A stretch of DNA of 64,000 nucleotides, from positions 2,465 through 66,464 of the forward strand of contig CALXBX010000009.1 of NCBI GenBank assembly GCA_944386655.1, given 5' to 3'. The notes below the pieces were generated by a model. It saw only the letters and a program-made list of their open reading frames with translations. It was not told the DNA's origin and searched no databases. The stretch is from an uncultured Clostridia bacterium. Lineage in GTDB: Bacteria > Bacillota > Clostridia > TANB77 > CAG-508. Both the position numbers and the translations under genes were made by a program. The first letter of the stretch is position 1, and the number at the start of each line of letters is the position of its first letter. Of this stretch, positions 29,361 to 38,871 are shown piece by piece.

Positions 29361-30280
29361 AAAAGAAAATAGCAACAAGAGAAAGTTATGGGGAAGCTTT
29401 AGCTAGTTTAGGAGAAAAAAGAAAAGATATCGTGGTATTAGATGCAGATTTGTCTAGTGCTACAAAAACCAATATATTTGCCGAAAAATTTCCAGAGCGT
29501 TTTTTTGACATGGGAATTGCAGAACAAGATATGCTAGGAACGGCTGCAGGATTTGCAACTTGTGGAAAAATTCCATTTGCTAGCACTTTTGCTGTGTTTG
29601 CGGCAGGAAGAGCCTATGATCAAATTAGAAATAGTATTTGTTATCCTAATTTAAATGTAAAAATATGTGCTACACACTATGGAGTAAATATAGGAGAAGA
29701 TGGAGCTACTCACCAAATGCTAGAAGATATAGGAATGATGAGAGTACTTCCTAATATGACAGTCCTTTCTCCTTCTGATGATACACAAACCAAATGGATG
29801 ATAGAAGAAATTTGTAAGAAAAAAGGTCCAGTGTATGTAAGACTAGCTAGAATGGAAACTCCCGTTATTTATGATAACAATCAAACTTTTCAAATAGGAA
29901 AAACGGTGCAAATAGGAGAAGGCACAGGTGCTACGATTATAGCTACAGGAGTAACAGTAGCAGAAGCCATAAAAGCAAAAGAACAATTAGCTGAGGAAGG
30001 AATTTTAGTAAGGGTATTAGATATGTATAGCTTAAAGCCAGTAGATAAAGAAGCTATTATTCGATGTGCAAAAGAAACCAAGAGAATTATAACTGTAGAA
30101 GACCATCAAATAGTAGGAGGATTAGGTAGCATTGTTTGTGAAGTACTAGCAGAAGAATATCCTTGCAAAGTAGAGAGAATGGGAATTAACGATTGTTTTG
30201 GAAAATCTGGAAAGCCAGAAGAATTAATGCATGCATTTAAAATAGATGCGGAAGCCATTTATCAAAAAATAAGGGAATAG
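29354..30280 (+). CDS. transketolase, C-terminal (pyrimidine-binding) subunit
   Basis: 308 aa; FDMGIAEQDM motif; overlaps the N-terminal subunit gene by 7 nt. Confidence 0.9.
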   Translation: MLEKKIATRESYGEALASLGEKRKDIVVLDADLSSATKTNIFAEKFPERFFDMGIAEQDMLGTAAGFATCGKIPFASTFAVFAAGRAYDQIRNSICYPNLNVKICATHYGVNIGEDGATHQMLEDIGMMRVLPNMTVLSPSDDTQTKWMIEEICKKKGPVYVRLARMETPVIYDNNQTFQIGKTVQIGEGTGATIIATGVTVAEAIKAKEQLAEEGILVRVLDMYSLKPVDKEAIIRCAKETKRIITVEDHQIVGGLGSIVCEVLAEEYPCKVERMGINDCFGKSGKPEELMHAFKIDAEAIYQKIRE

Positions 30281-30607
30281 TAAAATACGAAGTATATTTT
30301 TATATATTAGGAAAGTAAAGCAATTTGTTTTAAATTCAAATAAAATTTCACCAAAAAACTTGCGAAAATTTGTTCTCGAATATTAGTAACTTACAGGATG
30401 AAATAAAATGTGAATTTTGTGTGAATTTTGAAAAAGTGAGAAAATCTAAGAAAAGCTTAGAAAATAAAAGAAAAAAGTCATTTTTTACTAATTTTTTTCT
30501 GTCAGAAACTATTGCAAATAATTTGTTTTATTGTTATGATAAAGAAGAATAAGCAAAAAAATAAAGAAAAATAGAAAAAAGCACATGGAAAAAGGAGCTT
30601 ATAAATC

Positions 30608-31294
30608 ATGATAGAGTTTAGAAATGTAAGTAAGACCTACGAAACAGGAACAGAAGCAGTCAATAATGCAAATTTTATAATAGAAAAAGGAGAATTTGCC
30701 TTTTTAGTAGGTCCTTCTGGTTCAGGAAAATCTACATTAATTAAAATGATATTAAAAGAAGAAAATCCAACATCAGGAAACATTATTATCAATGGAAAAG
30801 ATACTACTTTTTTAAAACCAAAAAGAGTACCTTATTTAAGAAGAAGTATGGGGGTAGTGTTTCAAGACTTTAGATTGTTACCAGATAAAACGGTGTATGA
30901 TAATGTAGCATTTGCTATGTATATTGTAAGAGCTACACCAAAACATATTAGAAGACAAGTGCCAATGGTACTTTCTTTAGTAGGCTTAAGTGGAAAAGCA
31001 AAGATGTATCCTAATGAACTATCAGGAGGGGAACAGCAAAGAGTAGCTTTAGCAAGAGCACTAGTAAATAATCCTTCTATGCTAATTGCAGATGAGCCAA
31101 CAGGAAACTTAGACCCAGATACAGCATGGGATATTATGACATTGCTAAACGATATTAATATGAGAGGTACTACAGTAGTAATTGCCACACACGCAAAAGA
31201 TATTGTAGACCAAATGAAAAAAAGAGTAATTCAAATAGAAAAAGGCGTTATCGTAAGAGATGATAAAAAAGGTGGGTATAACAGTGAGGTATAG
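30608..31294 (+). CDS. ftsE: cell-division ABC ATPase FtsE
   Basis: GPSGSGKST, LSGGEQQRVALARAL, LIADEPTGNLD. Confidence 0.92.
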   Translation: MIEFRNVSKTYETGTEAVNNANFIIEKGEFAFLVGPSGSGKSTLIKMILKEENPTSGNIIINGKDTTFLKPKRVPYLRRSMGVVFQDFRLLPDKTVYDNVAFAMYIVRATPKHIRRQVPMVLSLVGLSGKAKMYPNELSGGEQQRVALARALVNNPSMLIADEPTGNLDPDTAWDIMTLLNDINMRGTTVVIATHAKDIVDQMKKRVIQIEKGVIVRDDKKGGYNSEV

Positions 31295-32183
31295 TGTATT
31301 GGGTTATTTATTAGGTGAAGGATTTAGAAATGTATTCAAAAATAAGAAATCAACAGGTGCTTCTTTAATTATTATGTGTGCCACGATGTTGATTTTTGGA
31401 TTGTTCTTTGTAATTGGAGAAAATGTAAATTATATTATGGAAGAAGTAGAAGCACAACAAGGAATGCAAGTATTCTTAAATAAAGATGCAACAGAAGAAC
31501 AAATTAGGCAGGCAGGAGAGCAAATTAGAGCCATAGACTATGTAGCAACAGCACAGTATGTATCCAAAGAAGATGCATTAAATTCTTTAAAAGAGAGATT
31601 TGGAGAAAATGGGGATTTATTAAATGGCTACTATGAAAAAAATCCTTTAAAAGCATCTTATGTAGTAACATTAACCGACTTGGAGCAGAGTGACAATGTA
31701 TATGCACAAATCAAACAATTAGATAATGTAAGTAACATAGAAGTAAGAGATAAAACAATAGATGCCTTAATTGGTGTAGCCAATGGCATTAGAATTGTTT
31801 CTGGTGTTATTTTAATACTATTAATCGTTATTTCTATATTTATTATAGCAAATACCATTAAACTTACCGTACATGCAAGAAGAAAAGAAATTTCTATTAT
31901 GAAATACGTAGGAGCAACTAATGGATTTATTAGATGGCCATTTATAGTAGAAGGTATTATTATTGGAGTTATCTCAGCAATGATTTCTATTGTACTATTA
32001 GGAGTAAGCTATAATTTTGCAATAGATAAATTATTAGATTCCTCAGTAGCAACTATGGTAAGTTTCAATTTATTAACTTTTTCAGATATGTTTGGATTAG
32101 TTTTAACAGTATACTTAATTTTAGGAATAGGAATTGGTGTTATCGGAAGTACAATTTCTATGAGAAAATATTTAGAAGTATAA
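31260..32183 (+). CDS. ftsX: cell-division permease-like protein FtsX
   Basis: Four TM segments with a large first extracellular loop; directly follows ftsE. The start may instead be GTG 31284. Confidence 0.85.
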   Translation: MIKKVGITVRYSVLGYLLGEGFRNVFKNKKSTGASLIIMCATMLIFGLFFVIGENVNYIMEEVEAQQGMQVFLNKDATEEQIRQAGEQIRAIDYVATAQYVSKEDALNSLKERFGENGDLLNGYYEKNPLKASYVVTLTDLEQSDNVYAQIKQLDNVSNIEVRDKTIDALIGVANGIRIVSGVILILLIVISIFIIANTIKLTVHARRKEISIMKYVGATNGFIRWPFIVEGIIIGVISAMISIVLLGVSYNFAIDKLLDSSVATMVSFNLLTFSDMFGLVLTVYLILGIGIGVIGSTISMRKYLEV

Positions 32184-32240
32184 AATACACAAGTAAGCGA
32201 AAATAAAAAGAAAATACAAACTCTTAGGAGGAAAGAAAAA

Positions 32241-33494
32241 ATGAAAAGAAAGATACTATCCGTATTCATAATGTTTACTTTATTAGGAGGCATGCTGTAT
32301 AATGTTTATGCAGCAACTGTAGATGAATTAAATAAGCAAAGTGAACAACTAAACGAAGAGTTAAAGCAAAAAGAAGCACAACAGGATGAAGTGCAAGAAG
32401 ATTTAAGTGAGGCTATGCAAGAAATTGCTACTTTAGATACACAAATATCCACAAATGAGAGCGAAATTCAAACATTACAGACACAAATAGAGGAATTACA
32501 AACATCCATAGACCAAAAAGAAACAGAAATACAACAAAAACAAGAAGAATATGATGAAAACGAAGAATTATTAAGTGAAAGACTAGTGGTTATGTATGAA
32601 AAAGGAGAAACATCCTTTTTAGATTTATTATTTAGTTCCGATAGCCTAGTAGATTTCCTTTCTAATTATTATTCTTTGTCACAACTTGCAGAATGCGATA
32701 TGGAATTATTAGAAAGTATTAATAACGAAAAACAAGAAATAGAAAATGCAAAAGCAGAATTGGAAAGCCAAAAAACGCAAGTTACTAGTTTAAAAGCAGA
32801 AAAACAAACCAAAAGTATTACTCTACAACAGCAAAAAGCAGAAAGAGAAGAAAAAGCACAAAATTTAGATGCACAAGATAAACAATTACAAAGTGAAATT
32901 GATGATTATAATGAGAGAATAAAAGAAGTAGAAGCACAAGCGGCGGCACAATTAAAAGCCTTGGAAGAGGAACAAAAAAGAAAAGAACAAGAAGCGGCAA
33001 AAAATAATAACAGTAGTAGTAATAGCAGTAGTTCCACAACAAATGGAGCAGGTTTAAATTTTGATGGTACTTTTATTTGGCCATGTAACAATAAAGTAGT
33101 TACTTCTACTATGAAAAATAGGTGGGGAAGAAAGCATAAAGGAATTGATATAGGAGCAAGATATGAAAATGTATATGCAACAGCATCTGGATATGCTTAT
33201 ACATTAGAAAATCCAGGAGGATATGGACATTATATTGTTATTATTCATGGAAATAATTATATTAGCTTATATGGACATTTAAATAGTTTTAAAATTACAT
33301 CAGGACAATATGTAACACAAGGACAAGTTATTGCACAATCTGGTAATTCAGGAAGCAGTACAGCGCCACATTTACATTATGAACTAAGAAGAGCAAGTTC
33401 TATATCACAATTCTTCTCAGTAAGCCCATTAGACCCATTAGATTATTTACCAGGAGGCTATACATTAGCAGCAGGAGCTGCACAAGAATCATAG
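32241..33494 (+). CDS. EnvC/PcsB-like coiled-coil M23 peptidase, copy 1
   Basis: Signal peptide, long coiled coil, C-terminal HKGIDIGA and APHLHYEL motifs. Confidence 0.85.
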   Translation: MKRKILSVFIMFTLLGGMLYNVYAATVDELNKQSEQLNEELKQKEAQQDEVQEDLSEAMQEIATLDTQISTNESEIQTLQTQIEELQTSIDQKETEIQQKQEEYDENEELLSERLVVMYEKGETSFLDLLFSSDSLVDFLSNYYSLSQLAECDMELLESINNEKQEIENAKAELESQKTQVTSLKAEKQTKSITLQQQKAEREEKAQNLDAQDKQLQSEIDDYNERIKEVEAQAAAQLKALEEEQKRKEQEAAKNNNSSSNSSSSTTNGAGLNFDGTFIWPCNNKVVTSTMKNRWGRKHKGIDIGARYENVYATASGYAYTLENPGGYGHYIVIIHGNNYISLYGHLNSFKITSGQYVTQGQVIAQSGNSGSSTAPHLHYELRRASSISQFFSVSPLDPLDYLPGGYTLAAGAAQES

Positions 33495-33517
33495 AAGAAA
33501 GAAGGGAGTAAGCAAAA

Positions 33518-34690
33518 ATGAAGAGTAAAAAAGTAGTATCTTACATATTGAGTTTTATCATTATTTTCTTGTTAGTTTTCTGCTTACTCTTTGAAAATAT
33601 AGCAAGAGCAGAAACTTTAGAAGAGCAACAACAAAATCTACAAAATCAAATAGAAGAAAGTACAGGTCAATTAGAGTATGTGCAAGAAGAGCTATCATCT
33701 ACTATAGTACAAATACAGCAGTTAGATGATACCATTGCACAAGCAGAACAAGAAATTGAAGATTTTAACACGCAATTAACAGAATTGCAGGCACAAGTGG
33801 ATGAGACAACTGCAAATTTGGAGGCATTACAAAAAAATTATGAAGAAAACGAAGAACTTTTAGCAGAAAGATTAGTAGTGCTATATGAAAAAGGAGAAAC
33901 TTCTTTTTTAGATTTATTATTAAACTCTAGTAGTTTAACAGATTTTTTGTCTAATTATTATTTGCTAGAACAAATTGTAGAAGCAGATACAGAACTATTA
34001 GCAAGTATTGAAGCAGAAAAAACAGAAGTAGAAAATACACAAAAAAGTTTGGAAGAGCAAAAAGCAAATTTAAAAATATTAAAAGCAAAAAGAGAACAAA
34101 CTTATGTTAGCATGCAAAATAATAAAACAGTACAGCAAAATTATTTCAATCAACTTTCGGATAGTGAAAAAGAATTACAACAAAAAATAGAAGAGTATAA
34201 GGCAGAAGAAGAAAGAATAGAAAACTTAATTCGATTAGCTGCAAACCAAGAATATAGTGGTAGCTATACAGGTGGAGTAATGGCATGGCCAATAGCAAAA
34301 AGTGGAACATATATTACATCAGATTTTGGAATAAGGGAGCACCCTATCCAAGGAGTAGTAAAGAAACATACAGGTATTGATATTGGAAATGCAGGTTTTG
34401 GGGCACCAGTGATTGCAGCAGCAGATGGAGTAGTTACTATGGCTAGTTACTATGGAGGATATGGCAATTGTGTTATGATTAATCATGGAAACGGAATTTC
34501 TACTTTATATGGGCATGGTCAAAAAATATTAACAACAGTAGGAACAGAAGTAAAAAAAGGTGATTTAATCATGGAAGTAGGTTCCACAGGAAATTCGACA
34601 GGACCACATTTACATTTTGAAGTAAGGATAAATGGTTCACCAGTGGATCCTAAACCATATCTACAAGGTAGTACACAAGAAAGCGAGTAG
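33518..34690 (+). CDS. EnvC/PcsB-like coiled-coil M23 peptidase, copy 2
   Basis: Same architecture. Shares ERLVV(M/L)YEKGETSFLDLL with copy 1. HTGIDIGN and GPHLHFEV motifs. Confidence 0.85.
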   Translation: MKSKKVVSYILSFIIIFLLVFCLLFENIARAETLEEQQQNLQNQIEESTGQLEYVQEELSSTIVQIQQLDDTIAQAEQEIEDFNTQLTELQAQVDETTANLEALQKNYEENEELLAERLVVLYEKGETSFLDLLLNSSSLTDFLSNYYLLEQIVEADTELLASIEAEKTEVENTQKSLEEQKANLKILKAKREQTYVSMQNNKTVQQNYFNQLSDSEKELQQKIEEYKAEEERIENLIRLAANQEYSGSYTGGVMAWPIAKSGTYITSDFGIREHPIQGVVKKHTGIDIGNAGFGAPVIAAADGVVTMASYYGGYGNCVMINHGNGISTLYGHGQKILTTVGTEVKKGDLIMEVGSTGNSTGPHLHFEVRINGSPVDPKPYLQGSTQESE

Positions 34691-34799
34691 AGAAGAAGTT
34701 AGAAGTAGAAAATATTTTTCATTCATACTTCTAACTTCTATTTTCAAGAATAAAATAAAAAAGAGATTAAAAAATGGCTTATTGACCAAGGAGGGAAAA

Positions 34800-36002
34800 A
34801 TGAAATCGGATAAAAAACAAAGTATTTATAAAATTATTATGCTAGTAGCACTTACAGCATTAATTACTTTTATGATTACATCCATTTTTATGTATAAAGT
34901 AATGGGTGAAGGAAATATTAGATATGTGGGAATATCTACAGATACCTCTTCACTTTCTAAAACAATAAATTATTTAAAAGGTTTTATAGAAGAGCATTAC
35001 ATAGGAGAAATGGATGAGGAACAAATGATTCAAACAGCTATTAAAGGCTATGTAGCAGGTTTAGGGGATGAGTATTCTGAATATATTTCACCAGATGAGA
35101 TGAAAGAATATATGGAAGATACCATAGGAAAATATGTAGGAATAGGAGTCTATATTACCAATAATACACAAACAAATCAAATTGTTATCTTAATGCCAAT
35201 AGAACAGTCGCCAGCAGAAGAGGCAGGATTAAAAGCAGGAGATGTAATTACAAAGGTAGATGGAGTAGAATATACAGGGGAACAATTAGATGAAGCTTCC
35301 GATAAAATGAAGGGGGAAGAAGGAACTAAAGTAACGCTAACTATTTTAAGAGAAGAAGAAACCTTTGATGTGGAAGTGGAAAGAAGAACTGTACAAGTGA
35401 ACCATGTAGAAGCAAGAATGTTAGAAAATCAAATAGGATATATGCAAATAGCTTCTTTTGATGAAGGAACAGCACAAGAATTTGAAGAAAAATATAAAGA
35501 ACTACAAAATCAAAATATACAATCCTTAATTATTGACTTAAGAAATAATGGAGGAGGAATTGTTGACGAGGCAGTAGATATAGCAGATTTAATGATAGAA
35601 AAAGGAAAAACAATTTTAATTACAAAAAGTAAAACGGATGAGGAAGAAGAAACCAAAGCAGAAAAAGATAGAAGCATTACGGTACCAGTTGTAGTATTAG
35701 TAAATGAATATTCCGCTAGTGCATCAGAAATATTAGCTGCAGCATTAAAAGAAAATGATAATGCTACATTAGTAGGTCAAAAAACTTATGGAAAAGGAGT
35801 TATCCAAACAGTATATTCTATGTCTGATGGAAGTGGATTAAAGCTAACAACAGAAGAGTATTTTACACCAAACCATAATAAAATTCATGAAGTGGGAATT
35901 ACACCTGATGTAGAAGTAGCTTTACCAGAAGGGAAAACATTATATAATATAGAAGATAGTGAAGATACACAATTGCAAAAGGCAATAGAATTATTAAAAT
36001 AG
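34800..36002 (+). CDS. S41 carboxy-terminal processing peptidase (CtpA/CtpB type)
   Basis: TM anchor, PDZ (SPAEEAGLKAGDVITKVDG), DLRNNGGG and SASASE motifs. Confidence 0.88.
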   Translation: MKSDKKQSIYKIIMLVALTALITFMITSIFMYKVMGEGNIRYVGISTDTSSLSKTINYLKGFIEEHYIGEMDEEQMIQTAIKGYVAGLGDEYSEYISPDEMKEYMEDTIGKYVGIGVYITNNTQTNQIVILMPIEQSPAEEAGLKAGDVITKVDGVEYTGEQLDEASDKMKGEEGTKVTLTILREEETFDVEVERRTVQVNHVEARMLENQIGYMQIASFDEGTAQEFEEKYKELQNQNIQSLIIDLRNNGGGIVDEAVDIADLMIEKGKTILITKSKTDEEEETKAEKDRSITVPVVVLVNEYSASASEILAAALKENDNATLVGQKTYGKGVIQTVYSMSDGSGLKLTTEEYFTPNHNKIHEVGITPDVEVALPEGKTLYNIEDSEDTQLQKAIELLK

Positions 36003-36097
36003 AAATAAAAAATTGTATAAAATAAGGTCACAACTGCCGAAAAATAGAGAAAAAATAGGCAGTTGTGACAAAAAAATAAAAAATTTAAAAATAAGTA

Positions 36098-36126
36098 TTG
36101 ACAATCTGATGAAAATCGGGTATACT
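36098..36126 (+). promoter_or_regulatory. promoter of the tRNA Val-Asp-Phe cluster
   Basis: TTGACA, 17-bp spacer, TATACT. Confidence 0.65.
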
Positions 36127-36145
36127 TAATCTCGTCGAGAGAAAT

Positions 36146-36221
36146 GGTCGCTTAGCTCAGCTGGGAGAGCATCTGCCTTACAAGCAGGGGGTCATAGGTT
36201 CGAGCCCTATAGCGACCACCA
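36146..36221 (+). tRNA. tRNA-Val (anticodon UAC)
   Basis: Cloverleaf; anticodon loop CTTACAA; encoded CCA. Confidence 0.92.
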
Positions 36222-36263
36222 TTTTAAATTAAAATTTAGTTTTACTAAATTTTTTTGTTTTAT

Positions 36264-36340
36264 GGCCTGGTAGTTCAGTTGGTTAGAACGCTAGCCTGTC
36301 ACGCTAGAGGTCGACGGTTCGAGCCCGTTCCAGGTCGCCA
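36264..36340 (+). tRNA. tRNA-Asp (anticodon GUC)
   Basis: Cloverleaf; anticodon loop CTGTCAC; encoded CCA. Confidence 0.92.
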
Positions 36341-36380
36341 TTTTTTTTATAAAAAAATGTAAGGATAATTGAATAAAAAT

Positions 36381-36456
36381 GCTTCGATAGCTCAGTTGGT
36401 AGAGCAAGGGACTGAAAATCCCTGTGTCAGTGGTTCGATTCCACTTCGAAGCACCA
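36381..36456 (+). tRNA. tRNA-Phe (anticodon GAA)
   Basis: Cloverleaf; anticodon loop CTGAAAA; encoded CCA. Confidence 0.92.
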
Positions 36457-36462
36457 AGAAAA

Positions 36463-36500
36463 AACCGTTATATCAAGCAATATAGCGGTTTTGATTTTTT
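36463..36500 (+). terminator. terminator of the tRNA cluster
   Basis: Stem aaccgttatat / atatagcggtt followed by a T-run. Confidence 0.65.
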
Positions 36501-36583
36501 AAAAAATTATTATTATTTGTATTATTTTTATCATTTTTCTTATATTTAGTGTGTCAAAAAGTGTGTCAAATATATCAAAAAAA

Positions 36584-36637
36584 GGAAATTTTTGGTTACT
36601 GTTCAGACTAGAAAAGTAACCAAAAATTTCCTTTTTC
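36584..36637. terminator. perfect 16-bp hairpin, bidirectional terminator-like
   Basis: ggaaatttttggttac / gtaaccaaaaatttcc flanked by A7 and T5. Confidence 0.6.
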
Positions 36638-36915
36638 CATATGATGGTACTAGTAATATTACTTTCTCTGTTGAATGCGTTCTTACACATGCATTCTTAT
36701 TTTCATATCTTCCTGTTGTTCCATCTGTATGCATAATAATTCGTTTTTTTATATTCTCTATTATATATTCACTTTTTTACTTTAATTCTTTCATAAAGTT
36801 TACGACACTTCCTTTTGAATAATCTGTTTTTGCCATAATTTATCACTAACCTATTTTTAAATAATTTATTATACATATCTTTTAGATTTTCGAATATAAT
36901 AATATTGTTAAACGT

Positions 36916-36944
36916 TTGACAAGTTAAATATTTTGTGTTACAAT
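36916..36944 (+). promoter_or_regulatory. strong sigma-A promoter with no downstream ORF
   Basis: TTGACA (36916-36921), 17-bp spacer, TACAAT (36939-36944) with upstream TG. Confidence 0.6.
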
Positions 36945-36950
36945 ATATTT

Positions 36951-37016
36951 AACTTAGCAGGAGGCAGTGGGCTCCCGTGGTGGAACCCCTCAAAATAGCC
37001 TCTTGCCCATTTTTAT
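36951..37016 (+). ncRNA. candidate small RNA, convergent with and abutting the 3' end of the DUF3800 gene
   Basis: Locally GC-rich about 60-nt segment between the promoter and a T-run. 9-bp stem GCAGGAGGC / GCCTCTTGC, then ccaTTTTTaTTT. No ORF or RBS. Confidence 0.35.
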
Positions 37017-37777
37017 TTAAACAAATCATCTATAGACATTTGATTTTCAAGTGTCATTTTTTTATTTTCATAAGTGCTACATAAAGTCAGTAATTTTTCA
37101 TACATCAAAATACAATGTTTTTCTTTTATAGGATTATAATGACAATAGTTATCTCTAATACAAATATATTTATTTAAATATAAGGCACATATGTCAGCCA
37201 TTTGTATAAAATTATTCTTTTTAGAGTCTAGATAAAATGACTTCTCTATTATGTTTTTATTGTTACACACTAATTTTGGATATAACATTTCAATACTCTG
37301 AGAAATATTTTGTAAATTATCATTAAATATAATACCATAATCTCCATTTCTTGATAAATCCTCATTAAAGTTATAATAATTAATCGAAAAAGCATATAAA
37401 TAAGGGTCTATTTTTATATTTTCTCCAAAACTCTTTAAAAGGTGTTTTTTAAAATCTGGTTTATAAATATTAGAATAGTATAAAGAAACATCACATTTTA
37501 GAATTAAATCTACAATTTTTTCCAATGCTTGCAAATTAGATTCCCAAGAATATTTTTTGAAAATTGAAGATTTTGGAGCATTAAAAAGTTCAGTTGCATG
37601 TATTTCATAATTTTTAAATTCCGGATATATTTTTATTTTTTCAGTTTCAAATAATTCATTTGCTTTATGCCAGTTCTTATCTTCTATTACTATTCCAGCT
37701 AAAGAAAATATAGGTTGTTGTTTATTATCTAAGTCTGTTCCTGTATTACCACTTTCGTCTGCATACATCAAATACAT
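37013..37777 (-). CDS. DUF3800-family protein
   Basis: 254 aa; N-terminal MYLMYADESGNTG signature; its ATG overlaps the upstream stop (TAATG). Confidence 0.7.
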   Translation of the reverse strand: MYLMYADESGNTGTDLDNKQQPIFSLAGIVIEDKNWHKANELFETEKIKIYPEFKNYEIHATELFNAPKSSIFKKYSWESNLQALEKIVDLILKCDVSLYYSNIYKPDFKKHLLKSFGENIKIDPYLYAFSINYYNFNEDLSRNGDYGIIFNDNLQNISQSIEMLYPKLVCNNKNIIEKSFYLDSKKNNFIQMADICALYLNKYICIRDNYCHYNPIKEKHCILMYEKLLTLCSTYENKKMTLENQMSIDDLFK

Positions 37778-38100
37778 TATTTTTTACCTCCTTTTACTGT
37801 TTCTTTTATCTCTTTATAAAATCTTAAAGTATCTGCAATTTCCTCATCTGTTAAATCTTCCATCTCTTTGTGATAGGAAAATTCAAACTCTTTTTTAATT
37901 TTATCCTCTGGATTACGAATATTTGATTTGCCTAATAAATAGTCAAGAGAAACACCAAAATAATCAGTTAGAATATTCTATGTTTCAGAACTAGTTTTTC
38001 ACGTTTATATTGAAACAGCCCTAACAGTTTTATCTATTATTTTTGCAATATCAGATTGTAGTAACTCCTTTTCTAATCTTAGTTGTTTTAATCTGTTCAT
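37777..38100 (-). pseudogene. XRE-family HTH regulator disrupted by three in-frame stops
   Basis: MNRLKQLRLEKELLQSDIAKIIDKTVRAVSI-TAA-T-TGA-KTSSET-TAG-NILTDYFGVSLDYLLGKS.... The stops lie at plus-strand 38005-38007, 37999-38001 and 37978-37980, all in the ATG frame. Confidence 0.7.
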
Positions 38101-38460
38101 TACAATATCAATTTTTCACAATTATATTGTACTATAAATAGTTCTACTTGTAAATCAAAAAACAAAAAGCTAGTACTAACAAATGAAAATTTTTTTCTTA
38201 GAAAATTAAAGTTTTTAATGTATATTTTTCACAATGCAGTATTATTAATAGTTTAATTTTGTTAATTGTTTTTTTATTCGTTATTACTGGGAAAAATTTC
38301 TAAAGCAAAATTATTAAAACTTTTTCTTCACAATTTCTTTACCAAACTTGCAAGGTAAAAACAACAAATGGACACAAAAGGTGGATATAATAAAAGCATA
38401 GTAAAGAGAGAGGAGAGTGATGAAGAATAAGAAAAAATAGAAAAAGAAAGGCGGTTGTAC

Positions 38461-38691
38461 ATGGAAATAAAAATAATAGGTTCTAATTGTAAAAATGGAA
38501 TGCAGTTATATAAAATGACTTCAAGAGCAGTAGATGCTATAGGAGGTGATATAGAGATAAAAAAGTTAGATGATAACAAATCTATCCAAAAATATGGAGT
38601 AAAAAACATACCAGGATTTGTTATTAATGAAAAACTAGTAAGCCAAGGGAAAGTATTAACAGAAAGAGAAATTAGTAAAATGATATCATAA
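38461..38691 (+). CDS. small thioredoxin-fold protein (redox-active disulfide protein 2-like) with degenerate CxxC
   Basis: MEIKIIGSNCKNG...KYGVKNIPGFVINEKLVSQGKVLTEREISKMI. The usual G-C-P-K-C site reads S-N-C-K-N-G, leaving a single Cys. Confidence 0.65.
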   Translation: MEIKIIGSNCKNGMQLYKMTSRAVDAIGGDIEIKKLDDNKSIQKYGVKNIPGFVINEKLVSQGKVLTEREISKMIS

Positions 38692-38837
38692 ATAGACAAA
38701 AAATAGAATAAAGGTTTATAGGTAAATCCTCATGGAAAAACCTAAATATGTGATAAAAGGAAGTGAATGCCTATACGAAACTAAAACAAGTGCAATTAGT
38801 GTAAAAAAAGAATCATCCCCTTTGAAATAGATAAAAT

Positions 38838-38871
38838 AAAAAGTATGAGTGAAATATCTCATACTTTTTTT
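38838..38871 (+). terminator. Rho-independent terminator
   Basis: Stem aagtatgag / ctcatactt followed by T7. Confidence 0.65.

Noticed and set aside
30370-30552. 60-aa ORF in the 325-bp gap upstream of ftsE
   Set aside because: It has no RBS and sits among promoter-like elements (a TTGCAA / TATGAT pair near 30512-30540). The tandem tgtgaatttt repeat at about 30405-30430 was noted but is too short to interpret.
36592-36822. 76-aa plus-strand ORF after the tRNA cluster
   Set aside because: It starts inside the perfect terminator hairpin, has no RBS and is a hydrophobic low-complexity translation of AT-rich DNA.
38328-38699. 123-aa minus-strand ORF
   Set aside because: It overlaps the thioredoxin-fold gene on the opposite strand and has no homology features.
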